Virus record (IMG/VR): IMGVR_UViG_3300045988_064948 | Length of the DNA stretch: 36,193 bases | Source: a virus | Direction: 5' to 3' (one strand) | Shown here: piece by piece, positions 1 to 7,214 of the stretch | Layout: each line of letters opens with the position of its first letter | Position numbering within the stretch: position 1 is the stretch's first letter | Made by a program: the position numbers and the translations under genes | The notes under the pieces: model-generated | What the model was told of the DNA's origin: nothing | The model's database searches: none | Seen by the model: the letters and a program-made list of their open reading frames with translations, nothing else

Positions 1-55
1 CGCGAGATGATAACAAGAGCCGCCGCGAAGCTGACGAACGCCGAAGCTCTGACAA
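1..55. repeat. Terminal direct repeat, identical to 36139..36193 (assembly overlap of a circular or circularly permuted genome)
   Basis: The 55 nt cgcgagatgataacaagagccgccgcgaagctgacgaacgccgaagctctgacaa occur at both window ends. An ORF runs continuously across the junction. Confidence 0.95.
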
Positions 56-399
56 GTATCAGCTTGTTTGAACCGTGGAGCGGCGAAAAAGATTATTCTG
101 TCGGCGACAGGGTGCGCGACGGCGGGAAACTCTACCGTTGCTACAATGCGATATCCGCCAATCCCACATGGCTACCGAGCGCAACTCCCACACACTGGGA
201 GCCTATCACGGTCGGCGAGGACGGCACGATTGATAATCCTATTACAGCGGCGGCTGGTATGAGGTACTACAAAGACCTATATTATGCTGACGCCGGCAAA
301 ACATACAAGTGCATACGCGACGACACCGACGGTCAAGGTACTATCTTGCAGTATCTTCCGTCGCAGCTCGTCGGAATATATTTTGAGGAGGCAGAGTAA
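1..399 (+). CDS. 3' part of a tail-associated protein with a CBM5/12-like carbohydrate-binding motif (the gene starts at 36112 and wraps the origin)
   Basis: The frame is open from nt 1 and continuous with the ATG at 36112. The motif YSVGDRVRDGGKLYRCYNAISANPTWLPSATPTHWEPI resembles chitin/carbohydrate-binding type 5/12 modules. It sits between fibre-like genes and the lysin. Confidence 0.6.
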   Translation, partial: REMITRAAAKLTNAEALTSISLFEPWSGEKDYSVGDRVRDGGKLYRCYNAISANPTWLPSATPTHWEPITVGEDGTIDNPITAAAGMRYYKDLYYADAGKTYKCIRDDTDGQGTILQYLPSQLVGIYFEEAE

Positions 400-1404
400 A
401 TGAATGTCTGCATATCGATAGGTCACGGAAAATCAGCAAAAGGCGGCTATGACAGCGGCGCCCTTGGCGGGAACTATCAGGAGTTTAAAATCGGTCGCGA
501 AATCGGCAGGTACATCGGCGAGATTTTTAAAGGCTACGCCTGCACAGCCGACGTTATCAACTATGACGCGACGCTCTATCTGACCGAGCGCATAGCACAT
601 GTCAACAAGCACGGCTATGACCTTGCAATAGAAATCCACCTCAACGCCGCTGGCGGCACAGGCTCGGAGGTCTATTATAAGCACAAGAGCGCAACGGGTA
701 AAAAGCTTGCCGGAGCAATCAGCAAGAGCATAGCTAACACTTTCGGCATTCGCGACAGAGGCGCCAAGGTCAAAATCAATCCTGCAAACGGCACGGATTA
801 TTTCGGATTTGTCCGCTCCTGCAAGTGCGAGAGCCTGCTGATAGAGACGGTATTCATCGACACGGCAAGCGACAGAAAGCATGTCGAGACCGCCGCAGGA
901 CAGAAGCAGTGCGCGGAGGCTATCGTATCTGCCATTGCCAATTTTTACGGCATAAAGAAAAAGGCAAGCACATCAACTAACAAGCCTACGACGGATAAGC
1001 CGAGTGGCGGCAATCTTACAACAGTCAAAGCTGGCGACACTGTCAAGATAACCGGAAGCAAGTACGCGACAGGGCAGAATATTCCGCTTTGGGTGAAGCT
1101 GAAATCGCACACGGTCAAATTAATCAGCGGCAATAGGGCACTGTTAAAAGAAATAAACAGCTGGGTTTATATCGCAGACCTCAAGGTCACGAAATCGGGA
1201 GAAATCAAAGCCGGAAGCGTTGTGACGATAAGAAAGGGCGCGGTATATGGCGGTCTTTCGTCAACTCGCGGCAAGGCAGTACCAAAAGAACAGCTCGCGC
1301 CAAAGAAGCACACGGTCAGCAAAATAGAAACTCACAACGGCGTAAAAGAAGCGTTGCTCTCTGGTATTATGTCGTGGGTTGCTATAAAATATTTAAAAAT
1401 GTGA
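400..1404 (+). CDS. Endolysin: N-acetylmuramoyl-L-alanine amidase (Amidase_3-like) with two C-terminal wall-binding repeats
   Basis: N-terminus ISIGHGKSAKGGYDSGA ... EIHLNAAGGTGSEVYY is typical of Amidase_3/CwlC. The C-terminal half holds two related ~55-aa repeats (GDTVKITGSKY.../GSVVTIRKGAVY...). The ATG directly follows the upstream stop. Confidence 0.85.
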   Translation: MNVCISIGHGKSAKGGYDSGALGGNYQEFKIGREIGRYIGEIFKGYACTADVINYDATLYLTERIAHVNKHGYDLAIEIHLNAAGGTGSEVYYKHKSATGKKLAGAISKSIANTFGIRDRGAKVKINPANGTDYFGFVRSCKCESLLIETVFIDTASDRKHVETAAGQKQCAEAIVSAIANFYGIKKKASTSTNKPTTDKPSGGNLTTVKAGDTVKITGSKYATGQNIPLWVKLKSHTVKLISGNRALLKEINSWVYIADLKVTKSGEIKAGSVVTIRKGAVYGGLSSTRGKAVPKEQLAPKKHTVSKIETHNGVKEALLSGIMSWVAIKYLKM

Positions 1405-1413
1405 GGTAACACG

Positions 1414-1701
1414 ATGAACAAAATTAAGGACATTTTCGCAAACATCAGCAATGTCAAAGTCGGCACGTGGGTTAGAGGAATCCTGCTTATTATCTCGTTT
1501 GTCAACATGGCACTTTCAGCTGCTGGCAAAACGCCTATCCCTACAGATTATAACGAGCTTTACACAATCGTGAGCGTTATTTTCTCAGTGCTCGTCGGAA
1601 TCTCAGCTTATTGGAAGAACAACAGCTTCACGGAAGCGGCACAGACCGCCGATAAGTTCCTCCACGAGCAGGGCGACGCAAAGGAGGACGCGGGAGAATG
1701 A
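1414..1701 (+). CDS. Holin (phiLC3/LL-H-type family)
   Basis: 95 aa with two hydrophobic segments, the motif YWKNNSFTEAAQ and a charged C-terminus. GAGGT RBS; adjacent to the endolysin. Confidence 0.75.
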   Translation: MNKIKDIFANISNVKVGTWVRGILLIISFVNMALSAAGKTPIPTDYNELYTIVSVIFSVLVGISAYWKNNSFTEAAQTADKFLHEQGDAKEDAGE

Positions 1702-1793
1702 TTATTGCAATATTGTATAATCTGCTTAATCAGCTCGGGCTTTACGGCGCGGGAATCGTCGTAGCAATTCTTAAGATTTTGGGAATGATGTAA
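1698..1793 (+). CDS. 31-aa hydrophobic mini-protein, translationally coupled to the holin and the MuF-like gene
   Basis: MIIAILYNLLNQLGLYGAGIVVAILKILGMM. ATGA overlap with the holin stop and TAATG overlap with the next start. Below the ORF-track size cut-off. Confidence 0.45.
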   Translation: MIIAILYNLLNQLGLYGAGIVVAILKILGMM

Positions 1794-2716
1794 TGGATAA
1801 GGCGCATAGCAGGACGGACAAAATACTTGAACAAATGGAGCGCGAGCTGACGACAATCTACAGCAACGCGCACGCCAATGTTCAAAAAGCTTGGCTGGAA
1901 TATATGGAGTCAGCGTCGGACGAACTGGCAGATCTGCAAGAGGCTTATGAAAAAGCCAAAAAAGCGGGAGATATAGAATCACAGCGCAAGCTCGGAAGAG
2001 AACTCCGCGCGATGAAAAAAGAATATACCGTCCAGAATGACCGCTATAAACAAGTGGTAGAAAGAACCGCTTTAGAACTGGCGAATGTCAACGAAATAGC
2101 GACGGCATATATCAACGGTCAGTTGCCGCCCGTCTATGCGCTTAATTACAACTACTTTGCAAGCGGCTTTTCAAAGCACGGCATTTCCTTTTCTTTGATT
2201 GACGCGAACACCGTTAAATACTTGGCTACCACGGATAAATCACTTTTGCCGCAATATAAGCTGAATGTCAATAAAGATGTGCGCTGGAACACAAAGCGAT
2301 TGAACTCGGAAGTCTTGCAAGGGATTCTGCAAGGCGACAGTATACCGAAGATTGCGAAGCGGCTTGAGCGCGTGGAAAAGATGAACGAAAGCGCATCAAT
2401 CAGAACCGCTCGCACTATGGTTACAAGCGCAGAAAACAAGGGCAGAATGGATATGCTCGAAAAAGCGGAATCCGAGGGAATTATAGTTAAAAAAATGTGG
2501 ATAAGCGCACACGACGCGAGAACAAGGGATTGGCATAGAGAGCTGGACGGTGAGCTGCGCGACAAAGACGAGCCGTTTGAAAATTCAGTCGGAAAAATAA
2601 TGTACCCAGGCGACCCGTCAGCAAACGCAGCCAATTTGTATAACTGCCGGTGTGCGCTGGGCTATAAGATTTTCGGATTCAAAAAGTTAGGAGGGAGCTT
2701 GAAAAGTGAGCGATGA
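1793..2716 (+). CDS. Minor head/head morphogenesis protein (SPP1 gp7 / Mu F-like)
   Basis: C-terminal region DARTRDWHRELDG ... NLYNCRCAL is characteristic of the Phage_Mu_F family. Confidence 0.8.
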   Translation: MDKAHSRTDKILEQMERELTTIYSNAHANVQKAWLEYMESASDELADLQEAYEKAKKAGDIESQRKLGRELRAMKKEYTVQNDRYKQVVERTALELANVNEIATAYINGQLPPVYALNYNYFASGFSKHGISFSLIDANTVKYLATTDKSLLPQYKLNVNKDVRWNTKRLNSEVLQGILQGDSIPKIAKRLERVEKMNESASIRTARTMVTSAENKGRMDMLEKAESEGIIVKKMWISAHDARTRDWHRELDGELRDKDEPFENSVGKIMYPGDPSANAANLYNCRCALGYKIFGFKKLGGSLKSER

Positions 2717-3155
2717 GTTCAAAGACAACTCCGAAGAGTATAAAGAGTTAAGGGACGCAGCAATCAGGCGTGGATTAAGAGCTATCGGGATGACTGCTGA
2801 AACTTACGCAAAAAGCAATTGCCCTGTAGACACTGGCTATGCGCGAAATAGCATCACCTATGCCTTATCAGGAGAATCTGCGAACATATCCGCATATCAA
2901 GCAGACAAAGGCAAAGGCGAAAATCCTCCACAGACAGGCTATTACAAAGGCACGGCGGGAAATTTGTTGAGCAATCTTTTTGGCAAAATGGCGGGCACTG
3001 CTAACTATGTGTTAATCGGGAGCAATGTCGAATATTTCCCGTACATCGAAGAGGGCGCGAGAGGTGGGAAAGCTTGGCATACCCTGAGACGCGCCGCGAC
3101 GGAGCACAAAGACGAATACAAGCAGTTGCTAACCGATAGTATCGAAAACGCTTGA
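2706..3155 (+). CDS. HK97 gp10-family structural protein
   Basis: The motif SNCPVDTGYARNSITY matches the PVDTG.LRNS signature of the HK97 gp10 family. GTG start overlaps the upstream gene. Confidence 0.6.
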   Translation: MSDEFKDNSEEYKELRDAAIRRGLRAIGMTAETYAKSNCPVDTGYARNSITYALSGESANISAYQADKGKGENPPQTGYYKGTAGNLLSNLFGKMAGTANYVLIGSNVEYFPYIEEGARGGKAWHTLRRAATEHKDEYKQLLTDSIENA

Positions 3156-3180
3156 CAACAATTTTTACTTGTGATAAAAT
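3152..3180 (+). promoter_or_regulatory. Sigma-A-type promoter upstream of the scaffold/capsid genes
   Basis: TTGACA (3152-3157), 17-nt spacer, extended -10 TGaTAAAAT (3175-3180). The 6-bp inverted repeat ACTTGT/ACAAGT (3167-3172/3181-3186) brackets the -10. Confidence 0.55.
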
Positions 3181-3255
3181 ACAAGTGGTAAACAAATGTT
3201 TGCCTATAATCAAATGGCGCAGAAATGCCACCGAAGAACAGGAGATTGAAATAAA

Positions 3256-3858
3256 ATGGCACTAACAAGAAGAAGCCTAAAAGCAATGGGCATTGAAGAT
3301 GACAAAATCGACGAGATTATATCGGCACACGCCGAAACGGTTGACGCGTTAAAGGAACAGCGCGACAATTACAAGGCGCAGGCTGACGAGCTTGCAAAAG
3401 TCCAACAGAAACTGGATGAAGCAAACGAGACAATCAAGGCTAATGGCTCGGATGCCTGGAAAGTCAAGTATGACGCAATCAAAGAGGAGTATGACAATTA
3501 TAAATCAGACATATCCGCAAAGGAAACCACACGCGCAAAGCAAGCGGCTTATCGCGAAGTGTTAAAGGCGGCAGGAGTTTCCGAGAAGCGGATTGATAGC
3601 ATTGTTAGGGTATCTGATATTGATTCCGTTGAACTTGATGAGTCGGGCAAAATAAAGGAAGCCGACAAGCTTACCGAGAGCATCAAAAACGAGTGGGCGG
3701 ACTTCATCGTTTCCACCAACACAAAAGGCGCGGACACCGCTACGCCTCCGACTACCTCCAAAAAGTCATTTAGCCGAGAGGATATCGACAAGATGACTCC
3801 CGACGAGATAAACAAGAATTGGGAGACAATCAAAAATTCACTTAAAGGAGAAAGCTAA
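3256..3858 (+). CDS. Scaffolding protein
   Basis: 200-aa, highly charged, coiled-coil-like protein immediately upstream of the major capsid gene. AGGAG RBS. Confidence 0.7.
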   Translation: MALTRRSLKAMGIEDDKIDEIISAHAETVDALKEQRDNYKAQADELAKVQQKLDEANETIKANGSDAWKVKYDAIKEEYDNYKSDISAKETTRAKQAAYREVLKAAGVSEKRIDSIVRVSDIDSVELDESGKIKEADKLTESIKNEWADFIVSTNTKGADTATPPTTSKKSFSREDIDKMTPDEINKNWETIKNSLKGES

Positions 3859-3861
3859 TTA

Positions 3862-4725
3862 ATGGCTGTTACAAGTTTTATTCCTAAGCTTTGGAGCGCG
3901 AGACTTCTTAACGCGCTCGACAAGTCCCATGTTTTCGCCAATGTCGTAAATCGCGACTACGAGGGCGACATTCAGAAGATGGGCGACACCGTGCACATCA
4001 ACACTATAGGCGCGGTCACTATCGGCACTTACACTCAGAATACCGATTTTACCTCGGGTCCTGAGACGCTGGCTACCACCGACCAGACGCTCACAATCGA
4101 CCAGGCAAAGTATTTTAATTTTCAGGTTGACGACATAGACGCGGCACAGGCGGCTGGCGATATAATGGACAAGGCAATGACCCGCGCAGCTTACGGTCTC
4201 GCGGACGCTTCCGACAAGTATATCGCGGGCATTCTTGCAGGCGCGGCTGATACAACTAACCTCGTTTCCTCGACCGCTGTCGCTCTGACCTCGTCCAATG
4301 TTTACGAGAACGTTGTCAAGATGCGCACCATCCTCGACAAGGCAAATGTCCCGACCGCTGGACGCTGGCTCGTCATTCCTCCTGAGATGTACGCTCTTAT
4401 TCTTCTTGACGACAGATTTGTCAAGACAGGCGGCGAAATGGCAGAAGGTATACTCAGAACTGGTCTTGTTGCACAGGCGGCTGGATTTGACATTTACCTG
4501 TCTAACAACTGCGTAAGCGTTACCACTGGCACCGAGAAAAAGGTCACGACCTACACCATTACCGGCGGTGTCGATGCGGCGGCAACCTATGCCGAGCAGA
4601 TAGTTTCGACCGAGGCATACCGTCCCGAAAAGAGATTTGCCGATGCCGTCAAGGGTCTCCACGTCTACGGCGCAAAGGTTGTTGACAAGGCACAGCTTGC
4701 TTGCCTCAAGGCTACATTCGCATGA
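3862..4725 (+). CDS. Major capsid protein (HK97-fold, P22-coat-like family)
   Basis: N-terminus FIPKLWSARLLNALDKSHVFANVVNRDYEGDIQKMGDTVHI is typical of this capsid family. Position after the scaffold gene supports the call. Confidence 0.85.
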   Translation: MAVTSFIPKLWSARLLNALDKSHVFANVVNRDYEGDIQKMGDTVHINTIGAVTIGTYTQNTDFTSGPETLATTDQTLTIDQAKYFNFQVDDIDAAQAAGDIMDKAMTRAAYGLADASDKYIAGILAGAADTTNLVSSTAVALTSSNVYENVVKMRTILDKANVPTAGRWLVIPPEMYALILLDDRFVKTGGEMAEGILRTGLVAQAAGFDIYLSNNCVSVTTGTEKKVTTYTITGGVDAAATYAEQIVSTEAYRPEKRFADAVKGLHVYGAKVVDKAQLACLKATFA

Positions 4726-4847
4726 TTTTAAAGCGCGGTAGAGAAACGGTTGAGATTCTCGACGCAGACCACGCCGCAGGATTTATCGCAAGCGGCTGGA
4801 GAGTTGCCGAGGAAGTAAAGACCAAAAAGACCAAAAAAAAGAAGTAA
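4722..4847 (+). CDS. Small 41-aa protein with a Lys-rich tail
   Basis: ATGA overlap with the capsid stop. Sequence is MILKRGRETVEILDADHAAGFIASGWRVAEEVKTKKTKKKK. Below the ORF-track cut-off. Confidence 0.4.
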   Translation: MILKRGRETVEILDADHAAGFIASGWRVAEEVKTKKTKKKK

Positions 4848-4862
4848 GAAAGGCGGCATATT

Positions 4863-5261
4863 ATGCTGTATGAACTGTGCGCGGAACTCCGCAATTGGTT
4901 CGTGTCTGAAAAACACGACGGAACTTTTACAGTCAAGGACGGCAATATGCCGCTTGACTTTTTACAGGACGGGCAATATTTTCGAGTCCTTGGGAGCGTC
5001 TACAATGACGGTGTGTATCAGTACCCCGCTGTTTTAACAGACGAGGTATTTGAGGGGCAGATATGGGCTATGCGTGTGCCTCCAGCGTTTATAGCCTTAT
5101 CAGGGGAAATTGATGAGTATATCGCAAAGAACGCAGAGAGTCCGTACACCTCTGAATCGTTCGGCGATTATTCATATACAAAAGCCACGGGCGAGAGCGG
5201 AGCACCGCTTACATGGCGCGATGTTTTCGCCTCGCGGCTTAACGCTTGGAGGAAAATATAA
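4863..5261 (+). CDS. Head-tail connector / head completion protein (family not named)
   Basis: 132 aa, positioned between the capsid and adaptor genes. The stop overlaps the next start (TAATG). Confidence 0.5.
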   Translation: MLYELCAELRNWFVSEKHDGTFTVKDGNMPLDFLQDGQYFRVLGSVYNDGVYQYPAVLTDEVFEGQIWAMRVPPAFIALSGEIDEYIAKNAESPYTSESFGDYSYTKATGESGAPLTWRDVFASRLNAWRKI

Positions 5262-5614
5262 TGTCTCTTTTATCAAGCGCAATGCAGAGATGTGTTTTTA
5301 TGCACGAACAGACAGCACCTGACCCGCAGGGCGGATTCACAATTACATGGACGGACGGCGCAGAGTTTGACGCGGCTATCGTGTTTGATTCTTCCATACA
5401 GGCAAGAACGGCAGAAAAAATGGGCGTTACCTCCTTGTATTCCGTGACCGTTCCAAAAGGTGTGCCCCTGCACTATTATAGCGTGTTCCGCAGGCTTTCT
5501 GACGGGCTTACGCTCCGCATAACATCACGCGACACGACCGACAAGCAGACCCCCGAAAGCGCGACTTTTCAGGTCTCACAGTTGACCGCTGAACAGTACG
5601 AGGTGACACGATGA
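5261..5614 (+). CDS. Head-tail adaptor / head closure protein (SPP1 gp16-like)
   Basis: GGAGG lies 8 nt upstream of the ATG at 5261. PDPQGGFTITWTDGAEFDAAIV is typical of the Phage_H_T_join family. Confidence 0.6.
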   Translation: MSLLSSAMQRCVFMHEQTAPDPQGGFTITWTDGAEFDAAIVFDSSIQARTAEKMGVTSLYSVTVPKGVPLHYYSVFRRLSDGLTLRITSRDTTDKQTPESATFQVSQLTAEQYEVTR

Positions 5615-5970
5615 CGAAAGAAGAAGCACTTTATTCTTTTTACAGTCAATTTGGAACGGCTTACGAAGAAACACTCTTGCCAAAAAACGCAAGCTTGCCG
5701 TATTTGACTTATTCCGTTTCAACCGCCTCTTTTGGCGACGGCGATACGTCGCTTAGCCTCTCGGTGTGGACGCGCTCGACCTCTTGGGCGTTGGCTAATT
5801 CAATTACAAAAAAAATCAGCGACACATTGGGACTGGGCGGCGTGATTATTGACTGCGATGACGGTGCGGTGTGGCTTAAAAGAGGCACTCCGTTTGCCCA
5901 AAATATGGGCGACGAGTCAGACGATTTAATCAAACGCAAGGTTATTAACATAACCGCAGAATATATTTAA
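5611..5970 (+). CDS. Tail completion / tail terminator-like protein
   Basis: 119 aa, ATGA-coupled to the upstream gene and immediately before the major tail protein. Confidence 0.5.
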   Translation: MTKEEALYSFYSQFGTAYEETLLPKNASLPYLTYSVSTASFGDGDTSLSLSVWTRSTSWALANSITKKISDTLGLGGVIIDCDDGAVWLKRGTPFAQNMGDESDDLIKRKVINITAEYI

Positions 5971-5984
5971 GAAAGGATAAGAGT

Positions 5985-6572
5985 ATGAAGTATACTAAAA
6001 TTCCGAGCGATACCTTTAAAAAGCTTCAGCTCAATGCGGCGATTATTGCCAAAAGCTTCGCTCCTGAGACTGGTACGCTTGAAGCAGACAGTCAGATAGG
6101 CGCGACAACTGGCGGTATTTCTTTTAACGCCGCTCCGACCTATTCGGACTTCGGCGAAGATATCGACAACTGCCCGAAGAATATGAAAGAGCTTAAAAAG
6201 CTCGACTCTTGGGAGGTTACGGCAAGCGGCACTTTTGTTACCGTAGACACCGCAACGGCAAAGTCGCTTATCGGCGCGGCTGATGTCGGCACTACTGACA
6301 CCACAAAGGTAACGCCACGCAACGATGTTCTCGACGCTGATTTTGCCGATATATGGATAATTGGCGACTACTCCGATAAGAACGGCGACACAAAGGGTGG
6401 CTTCATTGCAATTCACCTCATGAACGCTCTTTCAACTGGCGGCTTCCAGCTCCAGACCTCTGACAAGGCAAAGGGACAGTTCGCATTTACCTACACGGCA
6501 CATTATTCAATGGCTGCGCAGGACACTGTGCCTTTCGAGGTCTACATCAAGACTGGAGAAGCCGAAGCGTAA
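5985..6572 (+). CDS. Major tail protein
   Basis: 195 aa and acidic, located directly upstream of the chaperone/frameshift pair and the tape measure gene. Confidence 0.7.
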   Translation: MKYTKIPSDTFKKLQLNAAIIAKSFAPETGTLEADSQIGATTGGISFNAAPTYSDFGEDIDNCPKNMKELKKLDSWEVTASGTFVTVDTATAKSLIGAADVGTTDTTKVTPRNDVLDADFADIWIIGDYSDKNGDTKGGFIAIHLMNALSTGGFQLQTSDKAKGQFAFTYTAHYSMAAQDTVPFEVYIKTGEAEA

Positions 6573-6594
6573 TAAAATCATATGGAGGCAAACT

Positions 6595-6945
6595 ATGGTA
6601 TTTTTATTTGACTGTGACAACGATGAAATCCTGCTCCCGCGAGCTTACGACCTTATCGACGACTCAAAGGCGTTTATCGACCTGATGAGAAAAACAGAGG
6701 TCAAAGACGAGGGAGTAGAAGACAGCAAGGCGGCACTTAAAATCGTGCTCGAAAATATGCTTAAAAAGCACCCCGCGGAAACAAGCGCGTTTCTTAAACG
6801 CTTTTGGATTCTCGAAAAGGGGGAGAAAGCACCTAACGCGCTTAAAACTATTATCACGCTTTTGACAAGCAAGGGCGCAAACGATTTTTTTACATCAGTC
6901 GTGCCGTTCCTTGCGACATTTTCAAAGAATGTCTCTGCCGAATAA
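6595..6945 (+). CDS. Tail assembly chaperone (gpG analogue)
   Basis: 116-aa acidic protein between the major tail and tape measure genes. It contains the slippery site near its 3' end. Confidence 0.75.
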   Translation: MVFLFDCDNDEILLPRAYDLIDDSKAFIDLMRKTEVKDEGVEDSKAALKIVLENMLKKHPAETSAFLKRFWILEKGEKAPNALKTIITLLTSKGANDFFTSVVPFLATFSKNVSAE

Positions 6946-7214
6946 ATTTAAGAAGTTTTAGGCTGTTTGGTTGGGGCTATGTCAAAGATTTTTGCATAGC
7001 CCTTTATAAAAAGAGAACGGAAGATGAAATATATAGGGTTTATGTGACTGATTGCTTGCAAATGATAAGCGAAAACACCGCAAATCAAGTCGGCGGCAAG
7101 TTTATACAGAAACGCTATTACGATATATTAAATCCTCCGCCCGTTGAGACGAGAACAGCCGAAGAAATCACTCAAGAAATCGCAGAAAACTGCGGAATAG
7201 AGGTGATTAATTGA
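6595..7214 (+). CDS. Tail assembly chaperone, -1 frameshift product (gpGT analogue; slip at 6885-6891)
   Basis: The -1 frame is open from 6846 to the stop at 7212-7214. It encodes ...FRLFGWGYVKDFCIALYKKRTEDEIYRVYVTDCLQMISENTA...[22 protein letters not shown] with no start codon of its own. Confidence 0.7.
6885..6891 (+). promoter_or_regulatory. Heptanucleotide -1 slippery site T_TTT_TTT
   Basis: The zero-frame reading is GAT TTT TTT ACA, giving an X_XXY_YYZ pattern within the G/GT overlap window. Confidence 0.7.

Noticed and set aside
433-882. Long antisense ORFs inside well-supported genes (433..882, 2152..2634, 3859..4662, 8526..8915, 9075..9458, 13665..14303, 20034..20483, 29020..29553, all on the - strand)
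   Set aside because: These are shadow ORFs opposite strongly supported + strand genes. They lack a convincing RBS, have odd composition, and would break the tightly coupled gene chain.
4845-4862. Stop-codon read-through fusing the small ORF 4722..4847 to 4863..5261 (and likewise 32784..33101 to the portal at TGA 33099-33101), because each pair shares a frame
   Set aside because: Sharing a frame is expected by chance one time in three. Downstream genes have their own RBSs, and TGA/TAA clearly act as stops throughout the genome, so no recoding signal is evident.
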